A stretch of DNA of 64,000 nucleotides from Octopus sinensis (GCF_006345805.1 NC_043005.1:2480001-2544000), one strand, 5' to 3'; positions 38,269-52,225 are shown, counted from the stretch's first letter. Program-made: numbers and translations. The notes: generated from the letters alone by a model not told the origin.

Positions 38269-38580
38269 TTAAAATATGCAAAAAGTTTCGAAAGTCAAAA
38301 TGTGTTTGGGTGGATGTTGTAAGATAATGGTGATGCGATAAGTTAGTGGGTGGGGAGAGATTCCGTTGGAATTACATGGAAACCATTTTGTAACGTTCCT
38401 CTGTGTTGTTGAATGTGTAGAGACTGGTGATGGGGGTGGGGAGAAGGTCAGTGACAGCGGCGGAGGGGTGTTGCAGGTTGAAGACCGACGGAAATCGATA
38501 GCTTTTCAGGTATCCGTCACTTCTAAAGATGTGAATTATCAACCCATCCATATACATACACATATATATACATACATACA

Positions 38581-38637
<57 letters not shown>

Positions 38638-38869
38638 ATATGTGTTACATATATGTATATGTTTGTATATATATGTGTTACATATATGTATATGTTTGTA
38701 TATATGTGTGTATGTGTATGTATGAGTGTTGATGTATATGGATATGTTCACGTGTACACACACACAAACATGCACCCACACACGCGCGCGCCCACACGTG
38801 TATTTACATATAAGCAGAGGAAACCAAATATAGAAGAATAAACAGTGACAGAGACAGAGGTAGACTCGG

Positions 38870-38870
38870 G

Positions 38871-38931
<61 letters not shown>

Positions 38932-38944
38932 GTAGGTAGGTAGG

Positions 38945-39015
<71 letters not shown>

Positions 39016-39024
39016 GTAGGTAGG

Positions 39025-39089
<65 letters not shown>

Positions 39090-39128
39090 GGATAGATAGA
39101 TAGATAGATAGATAGGTAGGTAGGTAGG

Positions 39129-39219
<91 letters not shown>

Positions 39220-39245
39220 GTATGTAGGTAGGTAGGTAGGTAGGT
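38870..39245. repeat. Long (GATA)n array interrupted by (GGTA)n blocks
   Basis: Directly visible, about 375 bp. Confidence 0.95.
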
Positions 39246-39675
39246 ACACAGATAGAGGAGAGACAGTGAGCTCACGATAAGTTGTAGTAATCTATATTGA
39301 TAAATAGGTGATCATCAAAGACATGGAACGGCAAAATGTAGGTTCTTTTTTTTTGCTCTTGTTGTTGTTGTTGTTGTCGGGGTGGTGGAGGGGACCAACA
39401 TCGATTCTTTCTTCGTTTTCCTCCTCACCTTTCTGGGAACCACCACCATCATCCTCATCATCAATAACAACAGAATTATAGTGATTTTTTTTTCATCAAC
39501 TTCCATGGTCAAAGACAGTTCTTTGGTATTTTTTTACCTTTTCTTCTTCAGTCGAAAGTGAAGGTTTCTTTGTTTTTATACATCTCGAGTCGGATTCAAC
39601 ATTCCTGATAGACTTAGACATAGACACTGATAGAGTCATGCAACATGCATGTGAACATGCACACAAATATATATA

Positions 39676-39711
<36 letters not shown>

Positions 39712-41275
39712 TGTATGTCTCTCTCTCTTTCTCTCTCTCTCTATATATATATACATATATATATTATATATATATATATACATACATACATATATATACA
39801 TATATATATATGTGTGTGTATGTGTGTATATGTATATATATGTATGTATGTATGTATATATATATATATAGAGAGAGAGAGAGATACATACATACATGCA
39901 TATGTGTGTGTGTATATATATCAATGTATATATGTTGTTGTGCGCCTGCGTGTACGTAAAGTATCCACACCCACGTACCCAAACCCTCACCGATCCTAAG
40001 ATGTCGTGACGTCTGAAACGACGTTTGTACAAAAACCCGCTACTACTGCTGCCATCTATTGAGCAAAATTCCACAATGTCTGCTGTTTGTGTAAATGACC
40101 AATGCGAATCTATAGAACACAGTTTCGATTTTCTTTCTCTCCAGAATTTAATTATCGAGAGACTCTATTCAATTTACTGCCTATTGGTAATTCTAGTAGT
40201 AGTGGTGGTGGTGGTGGTGGTGGTAATTATAAAGTAGTGATTGGCGGTTTGTCCTAAAGAACAGAAAAGAGGTGGGGGTGGGAAATGTTTGTAGAAACAG
40301 GGGTATGTTTTTTTCTGCTAGATGATGTTACAAACAGCCTCTATTATTGGTATCGCTGCTGACGATGACTCAAATTGCTGTTGTTGTTGTTGTTGTTGTT
40401 GTTGTTTAAACTTTAATCTTCCTATCAACTGTATTCCATCCATGACCATCCATATGTATCCTGGACTATATAATCCGATATGTCTTACATAATCGCCAAT
40501 GTGTCTGAAGATGATAAGAAGTGTGATTTGAGGGATCACCTCTAGCAAGAAGGGTGGCCATATAAATTTTTCTATCCTGAATTTTCGAAATTTAATATTT
40601 TTAATCAATTCTGTTATTAAATAATTCTTAATTAATTCCCTTATTAAAGCATCCCTTTAATTGTGTATACATACATTTTAGTTGAAAATTAATATTTAAT
40701 AAAAGCCTATTTCTTAATACATTATAAAACTAGAAGTTTAATCAAATATAACTTAAAATTTTTAAATATAGAACTGGAATAATAAAATGAATTTCCAAAA
40801 GACAACCATAACTTTAATCAAGTTTTTTTCTCCTTCATTATTTTAATGCTTGGAACATTTTGAAAATCAAGTTGTTTTATGGGAGAGATATAACACGTAG
40901 ATGTGAAAGCTAGGCAAGCAGCCCACAAAACACAAACCATTCAGTTTCTTTTCTTCATTTTTATCTAAAAACACAGAACAATGTTCCACGTTATTGCAGC
41001 GATGAGAAAAACTGTTAGAACTGTGTTTGCATGAAGCTGAATTACTCCAAAGTTTTCCAGGATCTGATTCAACTCAAAAGTTTTACAGTCTAAATATGAA
41101 TCCACATTTCCTCTTACTTCTTCACCTGCAGTTCCTTCTAAACTGCCGATGACCAAAGTCGACTAGTTTCTCTCTTAAAGTCAGTTCGAGATTTCTTGAA
41201 TCCATCCATGCCCACGCTTAAAGTACCAGCTTTGTGGCATTTGTTTCAAATTAATACTTTAAATGATTGTACGAC

Positions 41276-41472
41276 GGCGAGTTGACCGAGTCGTTATGGC
41301 GCCGGACAAAATATTTAGCAACATTTCGTCCGTCTTTACGTTCAAATCCTGCCGAAGTCGACTTTGCCTTTCATCCTTCCGAGATCAATAAAATAAGTAC
41401 CAGTTGTGTACTGAGGTCGATATAATGAACTTACCCCAAAATTGCCGATCTAGTGCCAAAATTTGAAACCAA
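41276..41472 (+). mobile_element. tRNA-derived SINE, family 2
   Basis: GGCGAGTTG...GTTCAAATCC B-box-like head; body GTCGACTTTGCCTTTCATCC...AATAAGTACCAG; tail GTGCCAAAATTTGAAAC. Confidence 0.75.
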
Positions 41473-41491
41473 TATTTCAAATAATTGTATT

Positions 41492-41537
<46 letters not shown>

Positions 41538-41660
41538 GCTCTCTCTCTCTTTCGCTCTCTAACTCTCTCTCGTTCTCTCTCTCTCTCCTCTCTCTCTCTC
41601 ACCCTCTCTCTCTCTCTCTCCATGAATCTAGCAAAATACTACACCCTCACTGCCATTATA

Positions 41661-41867
41661 ATTGTTTCAAGTATCCGCACAAGGCCAGCACTTTTGAGGG
41701 CGGGATATAGATGCTGTTGCAGTACCTGACGGATACTTTACTTTATCGACCTTGAGAAGATGCAAGTCGAAGTTGACCTCCGCCGGATCTGAATTCAGTG
41801 CATAAAGATCCGGAAGTAATGCTGCCGAATAATTTGTTTGACATTCAAACGATCCGACCTGTTCGCC
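41661..41867 (-). mobile_element. SINE family 2, diverged, opposite orientation
   Basis: Reverse complement aligns by eye with 41276-41472. Confidence 0.6.
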
Positions 41868-41959
41868 TCCTTCGCGGCCATGATTTTGTAGGTTAAAGAT
41901 TCTTGCAGCTGGTTTTGCTTTCGCCCTTGGCCCCTACTTAAAATTTTTTCTTCTTTAAA

Positions 41960-42600
41960 TCACGTTCAGCTATGTCGCCGAGTTTACTCTCAGAACATTT
42001 AATCAAACCAAAACGTCCGGGAATTAATTTTTCATTAAAATGCTATGAAAAAATCCTTCAAAAAATTTATTGACGTTTACGGAACCGAGCAAAATTATTT
42101 CACCGAAGCAAATCCGATTCCATGTGTTTCATATTTAAAACCGATCAAATTCTTCCTCGGGATTCGGTCATCGTAGATTGTTGTACATTGTTTTAGATTA
42201 CATATTTTAGCAAACCACTGTAAACTGATTCAACTCCATTGAACCGTAAATCAAATTTTCGATTATGCACAACCACAATAACTATAAAATTGACTCTCTC
42301 ACAAGGCTTATCACGTCATAAAAATGGTTAAAGCTTATTCTTGAGTGCAGTATTTCTTGGTGCAGAATGTAATGGAACAGAACAATGAGATGACCAAGAG
42401 CTTCTGTAAATTCCTCGAAAAACCAACGTTTTGATCGCCCATATTTAGGGCATCGTCATTTGTAGCCGAAGCTGTATTTGCCAAGGTTTGTCTTTCATGA
42501 ATATTTCAATAACACAACTAATACTTTTTCTTGGCGTATTTTGGTGCAAATTCTCTAATTTCGTCACCTTCTGGTGACATAATATCAGTGGTTTTATTAA
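41960..42600 (-). pseudogene. hAT (Charlie/Buster-like) transposase fossil
   Basis: Frameshifted peptides ATNDDALNMGDQNVGF, FHYILHQEIL, NFI...HNRKF...YSGLL and MYNNLR*...RF match the TDGAP / HCxxHQE / VRWLS series. Confidence 0.55.
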
Positions 42601-42972
42601 AACTAAAAAATGTTTCAGGTATTTAAATGTTCTTACTTTTGATTTTTAAACTTATTTCATTTTCATTATTCTGTTTTTAGTAGTAATTCTACTCATTGGT
42701 GACTCATTTATAAAAGCGTTCTCATTATGAAGTCCTCGAAGGTAAAATGGTGCAGATTTAAGAAAAGCCTTTTAATAACCTTAATAACAAGTAGTGACGT
42801 CCCATGGTCTTCAATGGCATGTGAAACAATGAGCGGTAGCTTCACATACTGCAACAAACTGTTGTATTACAAGGACAGTGAGCAGCCATTTTACTACCAG
42901 TAATACGGCTATCTGTTAGCTGATTGCAAGCCATTCATAACATTTTAAATTTATTGAAAGCTTTAATTTCAT

Positions 42973-43187
42973 TCTGTTGTGTCTGGGGGGAGCCATTTTC
43001 TTTTTGTGCCTTACAATGTAACACACTCACCGGTAAAATTTCCACTTATTTCATATTTTCATTCTCCTAAAATGTTCGTTGCGTCTTGCAACCTTTTCAA
43101 TAAAAATATGAAATAAGTGGAAATTTCACCGGTGAGTGTTACATTGTAAGGCACAAAAAGAAAATGACTCTCCCCAGACATAACAGA
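42973..43187. mobile_element. MITE with about 86-bp terminal inverted repeats
   Basis: Arms 42973-43059 and 43103-43187 are near-perfect reverse complements around a 43-bp spacer. Confidence 0.85.
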
Positions 43188-43740
43188 CTATGCTTCAACA
43201 CACGAACTCATATAAAGAATCTTGCAAGCCAAATCTCAAAACGAAATTTAATTTCACTGAAATTTCATTAATATTTCTATCCCAGCCGAGATAGAAAATT
43301 TCTTGTTTGTTGTACTAGAACCCTGCCCTATACTACAGCAACCAGCAAACGTCATGGTACTAACATCAGCACGTAGTCTGAACGGACTGAGGACAATGAG
43401 TCTCACTCGCTATTCAATGAAAATCAGCTTCATCTTGAGACTCCGGCCGAACAATCAGAGGAGGATTTCTCGTCTGCGGGACTGCTATTGATACATCTTT
43501 CATACGTTCACCATTTCATGCATTTTGTATGCAGGCCGTGAAGTTCGCTCTGAGCCCTCTAATATTTTCACAGTGAGCGTACCGTCCCCTCGGAGACTCA
43601 GCGAAAAGCACTTATGGAAGAATTAACACAAATATTTAAAACCCCATGAAACCTGTTGTACACCGAGCTATCAATACATTTATCTTAAGATATATATATT
43701 TGTGCGTTTATTCATCTCTGTGAATATATGTGTACTTTTT

Positions 43741-43776
<36 letters not shown>

Positions 43777-43909
43777 TATTGGGTGATACACAAGCATTCA
43801 ACTATGTTCATTGCATCTTGTAGCAGAAACAGTTGTAAGCTAATGGAGTTCTTGACAAATTTCTTGTTTCTTTGTCATTTTAATCTCATATACAAAGACA
43901 CACACATTT

Positions 43910-44272
<363 letters not shown>

Positions 44273-44656
44273 TATTTATAATTACTCTTATACATACAAT
44301 TGTACATTGAATGTTAGGGTGCTCGTGAAAATGACGAAAAGCCACGAAAACCTATTAAAATTGTGAAAACCACGGAAATTATTAAAACAATGAAAATCAC
44401 GAATATCATGACATTGAAGAACTAAAAACTGCCGGAGTCTCCCTCCACCCCCACCCCCCACCAAACCCCATCATCCAGTTATGAATTATATCGAAACTTA
44501 ACATAGAACAGTTATTAGAAACCACAAATGTTGGAATCTATATTTTCTGTGTTTCAAAAGAAAGAACGAAAGAGGACTCATGGAAGTACCTGGTGGTGAG
44601 TCTTTGATTTCAACACAGCCGGTAACTATTGCCTCTGTGTGTCTCTCTCTCTCCCG

Positions 44657-44688
<32 letters not shown>

Positions 44689-45059
44689 CCGCCTTTCTCT
44701 ATCTCTCTCTCTCTCTCCCTCTCTCTCTCTCTGTTACCCGAACGATTAGGAATGTCTTTGTTCCGTGCAACTCAGGGTTATGTGATTGTCGGTCAAACTA
44801 TTCATACATGTCCATACTCGCACAGAAACACACATTTGCATAGTTTTCTTTTTTGAACGGTGAAACTCGAAGCAGGTAAAGCTATAAATAAAAGCGAGTA
44901 AAATAGAGTTAAAAAAATATTTGGGTTGAAAAGGTCGAAGGCTGCACTCAGACGTTATTGATTATAGCTTGATCTGCTTCGAGTTTCACTCTTCCAAAAA
45001 TATATTATTTCATGTTCACTCGATCTTTCTAAATTTTTATAGCTTCAACAATTTATATA

Positions 45060-45121
<62 letters not shown>

Positions 45122-45122
45122 T

Positions 45123-45157
<35 letters not shown>

Positions 45158-45424
45158 TCCGCTGCTTCAAATTCCAGTGGTAAAGGCTCAACATTATTTT
45201 CCTTTTTCTCTGGTAAAGTGTTCCTTCCGAGGGATTGATAAACGTACCAGCAAAGGAGCTGCTCAAGAGGTGTTTTTGTTGGTCTGAGAGCGAGATGACC
45301 AGCAGCAGCATCCGGACCCGCCTTCTTTAATCCATTCTTTCATTATCAACACTACAATACGGGTTTGTTACGAATGAAAAGTGAAACAACTAATAAATTA
45401 AAAGATGGATAAATATATATACAA

Positions 45425-45590
45425 GCGCAGGAGTGGCTGTGTGGTAAGTAGCTTGCTTACCAACCACATGGTTCCGGGTTCAGTTCCACTGCATGACACC
45501 TTGGGCACGTGTCTTCTACTATAGCTGTGGGCCGACCAAAGCCTTGTGAGCGGATTTGGTAGACGGAAACTGAAAGAAGCCCGTCGTATA

Positions 45591-45626
<36 letters not shown>

Positions 45627-45871
45627 TGTATGTATGTATCAGAGAGTATATGTTTGTGTGTGTGTGTGCGTTTGTTCCCCTCCCCAACATCGCTTGACAA
45701 CCGATGCTGGTGTGTTTACGTCCCCGTAACTTAGCGTTTCGACGAAGAGGCTGATAGAATAAGTACTAGGCTTACAAAGAATATGTCCTGGGGTCGATTT
45801 GCTCGACTAAAGGTGGTGCTCCAGCGTGGCCGCAGTCAAATAACTGAAACAAATATGAGAATAAAAGAATA
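45425..45871 (+). mobile_element. Full-length tRNA-derived SINE, family 1
   Basis: A-box-like TGGCTGTGTGG (45434-45444), B-box-like GGTTCAGTTCC (45477-45487), internal (TA)(TATG)(TG) tract, conserved tail and A-rich end. Confidence 0.9.
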
Positions 45872-45899
45872 CACACACACACAGAAAGAGAGGGGAGAT

Positions 45900-46100
45900 G
45901 GCGCGCAGGCGTAGCTATGTGGTAGGAAGTTTGCTTCCTTACCATATTGATCCGGGTTCAGTCCCACCGCAAGTGTCTTCTACTATAGCCTCGGTTTAAC
46001 CAAAGCTTTGTGAATGGCTTTACTAGAAGCCCGTCGTATAAGTGTGTGTGTTTTTGTATGTTTGTCTGTGTTGATCCCCTACCGCCACTTGACAACCTTT
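45900..46100 (+). mobile_element. SINE family 1, diverged and 3'-truncated tandem copy
   Basis: GGCGTAGCTATGTGGTAGGAAG...GGGTTCAGTCCCAC...AGAAGCCCGTCG. Confidence 0.75.
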
Positions 46101-46669
46101 GATCAAAAGTGTTTCGACCGCAACCATTTCGCCTTGTTTTATATCTGACCCTATATTATTCAATATCTCCGTTCTTTGCCTTTTTGAGAGAATTTGGTTG
46201 TCATTTCTAGCACAAAGCGTAGAGACCCTCTCGTAGACTCACACGCCAAAAGCCATTTATAAATGTCATTTCCCGATTAAAACACCGACTTACTACCTTT
46301 AACCTTGATATCCCTTTCAAACTCGAGCGGAAAACTTCAAGTATTCGCCGGAGAATTCAGTGGAATTACTGCGGTTTCGATCCTAATTGGTTCTGAATGC
46401 ATCGTGATAATCATTGCTCCCGATGCACACTTTAGTTATAGAGTCCGGTTAAATGGAGAAGGAATTTGGAATGGACAGAGGTGGGGAGAGGGCAGTGTGG
46501 AGGGATGTGTGTGTGTCTGTGTGTCTGTGTGAATTTGTGTGTTTGAGTAGGTGTGCGTTTGTGTACACGTGGTTGTATACGTGGGGGGGAGGCTAAGTTT
46601 TGCTTTCTCTTTTCAGCTCCTTATCCTACCTCCTCCACAACCACTCCTTCCGTCTGTTCATAATAATAA

Positions 46670-46684
46670 TAATCATCATCATCA

Positions 46685-46763
<79 letters not shown>

Positions 46764-46810
46764 CATTGCTATTATTATTATTATCTTTATTTTAGTTATT
46801 ATTATTATTG
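46670..46810. repeat. (CAT)n/(TAT)n microsatellite
   Basis: Directly visible. Confidence 0.95.
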
Positions 46811-47065
46811 TTATTCCTCTCCTCCCATTTCTTCATCTTCTTTTCTCCTCCTCCTCCTCCTCCTCCCCATCTACTTTATAATAGTAATTATGATTATACA
46901 TCATCATCACAGAGTCGTTGCTGTTGTTGCTGTTGTTGTTGCTTGTCCATCGTCTTCATCATTATATTTTTCGCTTAAAATTTCCTACGTCTTTCTTTCC
47001 TTCCTCCTTCCCCGCCCCCACTTCTTCCCTATTCTACCTTACATACTACATCCCACAGCTACACG

Positions 47066-47110
<45 letters not shown>

Positions 47111-47448
47111 TCTACGTTCACTCTCACCACCACCACCACCACCCCGTTCTCTCGGTTCTCAAGAGACGCATATAGAAATATATGCAATTACCAAGGAAAT
47201 AAACGGAGGCACCATCCACAACAACAACCACATCACCAATAACCAGCATTGGCTGCCAAAGATTATGTTCTAAGCTATCAGCTTTATTCCGCAGAGAATA
47301 TCGCAACTTTTTATTACATTTCACTCCATTTCAGGCCACCACCTCGAATTTTTGGAACCCTGTCACTCTAATATCACCTCACCAACTAGCCTTCTGGCAA
47401 GAACATCATCATCATTATTATTATTACTATTATTATAATCATTATTAT

Positions 47449-47668
47449 TGCCTTTGCACAGCTTCTAACGCTGGAGATGTACTGCGGTGTCAGCTGTTAA
47501 CTACCAGTGAACTAAAGTAACACCTCTTATTTTTCGAGCACCTTCCGCTGTATTTGAGCGGTTCCAGGCAGTGCTGTTTTCTGCAAGTGTTCCACCCTTA
47601 TTGCAGTCCCTATTTGTTCAACGTACTTCTCGAGATTTTTGCTCACTGTTCTCAGAGCTCCGACAATT
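47449..47668 (-). mobile_element. R4/Dong 3'-end fragment (same family as 24661-24880)
   Basis: GCACAGCTTCTAAC...GGTAACACCTCTTATTTTTCGAGCACC is nearly identical to 24668-24760. (TAT)n on both sides. Confidence 0.85.
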
Positions 47669-47700
47669 ATTATTATCATTTTTTTAATCATTATTATTAC

Positions 47701-47754
<54 letters not shown>

Positions 47755-47755
47755 G

Positions 47756-48900
47756 TTTTTTCCTTCTTTCTTTGGCAGGCTTATGTTCCCACCAGGTCTT
47801 CTCGTATGGAAGTTCAGACTTACGGTAAATGCTCTGGTGCAAATACTGGCCAAGTTTATCATGGCGATTAATATATTTATTTGAGGCTAACACGGAGCAA
47901 CAAGGCATGTTTCCTTGGCTGCAGATAGGGTCTTCCCCATTTTTAAGAATGTTTGTTTGGTAGACATTGATTCTGTGCTGCTGTAATGAAAGCCCCTGTT
48001 TCTGATTTAGGTGTAGATGCAGCCAATCCTTGATGAGTCATCTTTGTATCAATATCAGGAACGCTAGCCTTCGTTGGATATTTACCACGCAATGCCTTAC
48101 TTTTCTATATATTCCACAGCACTAAATTGCAGCATTTGGATTGGTTTGTGGTTTTGATGTTTCGCTATGAAAACGAGTTCATCTGTTGCACCTCAGTCGC
48201 ATTGACCTTTAATTCCTATACATAATTCTGTGCTTCTTCGGTTATTGAGTACACATTTTTGGAACTTCCATATAAGCAGACAAGTTTAAGCATCCAGACA
48301 TTGGTGTTTTTTAGATAGGCATCTATCCCAATGGTTACTGTCTTTAAAGACAGTTGTGGCTGCCTCAGTCCGTGTCCTCCATCCTTTCGTGGGGCATACA
48401 GTCTTATCTACATCTGCATTTGAGTGATGTAAGCAGTGCATTGTGAGAAGTTTGCATATTTTTGTATGGATTTTACAGATCTCACTGATGGACCATTTTA
48501 CGATGTTAAAGTTGTGGGCCACAACAGCGGGTATAGCTAAAGTGTTGATTGTATCAACCCTGTTTCTCGCATGAAGTTCGCTCTTTAGAATATCTCTAAT
48601 TCTACGATAACATTGCTTCCGTATATTTTCATGCATTTAAGTGTGTTGGATGCCACCCACTTCATATACACCAAAATATTTGTAATTCGGGGTAAGAGGG
48701 GGAATCTAATTCTTTGATTTTGGTAGACTTGTCTATCAGTATGCTGTTCGTTTTCAGGAGTTTTCTTTTGAAGAATGTGGTTTAAACACATTTATCAAAG
48801 CCAAACACCATTCCAATCTCGTCACTGAAGCGTTTTACTACAGTTAAAAATAGTTCCAGTTGTTGATCATCTTTCGTGAATAACTTCAAACCGACAGTGG
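47756..48900 (-). mobile_element. Older R4/Dong-like element fragment
   Basis: LKLFTKDDQQL...FSDEIGMVFGFDKC; YRRIRDILKSELHARNRVDTINTLAIP; CSVLASNKYINRHDKLGQYLH...WWEHKP. Confidence 0.75.
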
Positions 48901-48974
48901 TCTCTTTTGCCGAACTGCTAGTACGGGAGCGTAAACAAAGCAACACCAGTTGTAAAGCAGTGGGAGGGAACAAA

Positions 48975-49570
48975 CACAAACACATGCACATTCATACATA
49001 CACGAGGGCTTCCACACAGTTTTCGCCTACCAAATTCATTTACAAAGCATAGGTTGGCTCGAGGCTATAGTTAAAAACCTTTGGCTGAGGTGCTGCGGAA
49101 TTTGAACCTGAAACCACTTGGTCACAAAACGAGCTTCTTAACCACACAACCAAGCGCCGGCCAATAAAAATTGTTTATCTTTTCCTTGTTTCAGCCATTA
49201 GACTGCGGCCATGCTGGGGCACCTCCTTCGAGAATTTTAGTCAAACAAATCGACTCGAGTACTTTTCTTTTAAGCCTGGTACTTATTCTGTCGGTCTTTT
49301 TCGCCGAGCAGTTAAGTTACGGGGATGTAAACACACCAACACCGGTAGTCAAGCAGTGGTGGAGCACAAACACAGACACAAAGACACACACACACACTTG
49401 TGTGTGTAAAGAACAGGCATCCTTTCAGTTTCCGTCTACCAAATTCACAAACAAAACTTTGGTTGGCCCGAGGCTATAGTGGCAGACATTTGCCCAAGGT
49501 GCCACGCAATGGGGCTGAACTCGCTAACATGTGTTTGGGAAGCAAACATCTTTCCACATAGCCATGCCAA
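48975..49570 (-). mobile_element. Two tandem SINE family 1 copies, minus strand
   Basis: Reverse-complement head/body at about 48975-49160 and a near full-length copy at about 49170-49570. Confidence 0.75.
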
Positions 49571-49919
49571 TAATTTTTTCAAAGATTTTTATCGGAATAT
49601 TTGTCCATTCCCTTGTGGTCAACGATTGAAGACTGAATTCTGTGACCACAGAAGTTCATGAAAATTTATGCTGTTGAAGTTTTTTTTCTATATTTTTGTG
49701 ATAAAAGTCATGTTTTTTTATTGCTGTTGTTATTTTGATTTGTTAATTTCTGGTTAAATATCATTTGCGCTGGAATCATTTGGAGAAGACCGAGGGTTTC
49801 ATCTGCGCCAACAATGACAGTTCTTACTAAAAGGTTTGCGGTTTGATTTGTTTTTCTGTTAAATGGCAGAAATTTGAGCTCAAAGTAATTATCAGTTTTT
49901 AATGATGAAGAACTGATTG

Positions 49920-50168
49920 CTTATAATGATGATGATGACGACAACAACGACAGCTACGACGATGATGATGATGATAGCAGTGGTGATGGTGTGGTGGTGC
50001 TGCTGGTGGTGATTATGATGGTGGTAGTGGGGTGGTGATGACGTCGACGTCAAGGACGAAAATGATGAGGATGACGACGACGACGACGATGTTGATGATG
50101 ATGATGATGATGACGACGACGATGATGATGACGACGACGATGATGATGATGATGACGATGATGATGTT
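49920..50168. repeat. (GAT/GAC/GGT)n trinucleotide array
   Basis: Directly visible. Confidence 0.9.
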
Positions 50169-50549
50169 AGCAAAAATATTTTATTTATTAATCACAAAAG
50201 ATGAAACAAAACTAAATCTTTGCTAATTTACAGACAAACGCCAAAATATATGATTACATCAACAAATAAATGATTGATTACATTAACCAAATATCAATAA
50301 AAAATATTGATCTTCACTATTGGCATACAACAATATAAAGTTTAAGATCATGTTTATTCCATTGAACTGAACCTAATATGTGATTGGTTGTTATGTTTCT
50401 CGAGCCCAAACCGCTTAGATTCCAAGTCAAACACAGCACCATAAGAACCCAGATTCTTGGACAGTGGAATTAAACGTAGCCTCGTGTTTTGAGAGAATCT
50501 CCTCTGTTCAGCCATTTCAGTAAAATATCTCTGGAAGACATTCAATTAC

Positions 50550-50675
50550 GTCGGTGCTGGTGTGGCTGTGTGGTAAGAAGCTGGCTTCCCAGCCACATGG
50601 TTCCAAGTTCAGTCTCACCTTGGGCAAGCATCTTCTGCTATAGCCTTTGGCCGACCAAAACCTCGTGAACGTATT
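50550..50675 (+). mobile_element. SINE family 1 head, truncated
   Basis: GTGGCTGTGTGGTAAGAAG...CCACATGGTTCC...GGCCGACCAAAA. Confidence 0.7.
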
Positions 50676-50740
50676 TCACTTGAAGTATATATATGTTTTC
50701 AAAGGCAGATAGGCATCGACACCTAACAAGCCATGCTGCT

Positions 50741-50781
50741 CCAGACTGATGAGGAGCAATAACTCTGAAACTAGTCTCTGG
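50741..50781 (+). ncRNA. Minimal type-I hammerhead ribozyme candidate, near-canonical
   Basis: CCAGA CTGATGA GGAG CAATAA CTCT GAAA C TA G TC TCTGG: 5-bp stem I, complete core, 4-bp stem II (G.U closing), palindromic ACTAGT stem III, GUC site. Confidence 0.8.
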
Positions 50782-51601
50782 TAGCTGTTTTTTTGCTGGC
50801 TGGAGGTGCTTATCTCCCCTTTGAAAACATAAGGACACAGGAAATGTGTCAAGTCCAACAGGAAATGGTGTTTCCTAGGGCTAAATAACAGTAGCATTCT
50901 TCCCTTTCATGGGACTGTCACATGGGACTGTCACATTAAGTTGACAACATGCTATCACGTTATCGTGATGATACTGAGAGATTTAGAAATATATTATTTC
51001 TGCATGTATGTATATTTGTTTGTTTCTATGCATGTGCGTGTGTATGTAAGTATGTATGTATGTATGTGCGTGTTTTTGCGTCTGTTTTTGGCCTCACCAC
51101 GTCCTCCTAATCTAGAAGGTCGGCAGAGAAACCGATAGAATCAGGCTGGAAAAAACGTATTGGGGTCGATTAATTTAACTAAAAATTTACCAAAGCAGTG
51201 CCCCTGCATGGCCGCAGCATAATGGCTGAAACATAAATGATATAAAGTGGGTTATAAGTGGGTTTCCCCCAAAGCATTTGGAGCAAGGGATCAGGACATT
51301 CGAGAAGTCTACCCGGAATTTCCCCAGAAATGGTCCTTCGCTTGAAACCAACGAAAACGAAGCCGGAGCATTATACCAAGGCTCCGTAAAATATTTGGAT
51401 GATTTCCGCTTTTAAATTCCTTTAAAAAATGTTTCAAGTTGGGAGGGGGGGGAAAGCTAAAATCACTCGGCATCAAGCATCGATTACTCACTATAACTAA
51501 CACCTAATTATCCATCTCTCTCATTATATATGTGTGTACGTGTGTGGGTGTATGTGTGTATGTTTGTGTATGTGTATGCGTGCGTGTGTGTGCGTGCGTG
51601 C

Positions 51602-51632
<31 letters not shown>

Positions 51633-51639
51633 CGTGTGT

Positions 51640-51678
<39 letters not shown>

Positions 51679-52192
51679 CACGAGCCGTCAGAAGTTCCGG
51701 CTTGGTGCCTAGCGTCAGCCCTTGGCCCTTGTTAAAGCGTCTCTAGAAGGTCACCCTGATATAAAGCCAAATATACAGGGAATGGCATAAAACATTTCGG
51801 AGATCTTTTGTTTACGCTTGAGATCATGGTGCTGCCATATTCCTGACCATGCGACCCGTATTGGCAAGGGATATCTTGTTCCGCTTGTCTCTGGATTATG
51901 TCGGTAGGGTGGAGAGGGTCTGTGAAGTATTGTGCGATCCTTTCAGGACCTAAAATTTTACTTTGTCCATTCGGTGGTGAGGCGACTTTCCGATACCCGA
52001 TCAAGTAGGAATGCGCTGCATAGAACATAGAAGCCACGGGTGCGAAACCGGGTGTAGCTTACTGGTGGTGCAATAACCTCATGTACGGCCATTTCTGGCA
52101 TTTTGCATGGCCAATGGTCAATGATGGCCATCGACGGTCACGAGTAGACTGCTATTATCATATATACTTATACATATATACATACATATGTG

Positions 52193-52225
<33 letters not shown>

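Noticed and set aside
40880-41156. Hydrophobic stretches resembling GPCR TM3-TM4 on the minus strand
   Set aside because: Interrupted by stops, no DRY-type motif, no neighbouring helices.
45425-45500. tRNA gene-like A and B boxes (also at 1745, 45900 and 50550)
   Set aside because: No cloverleaf or anticodon arm; each continues into a SINE body.
51690-52150. Possible old RTE-type LINE fragment
   Set aside because: Only faint similarity (SKILGPE-like) and ambiguous orientation; not supportable as a feature.
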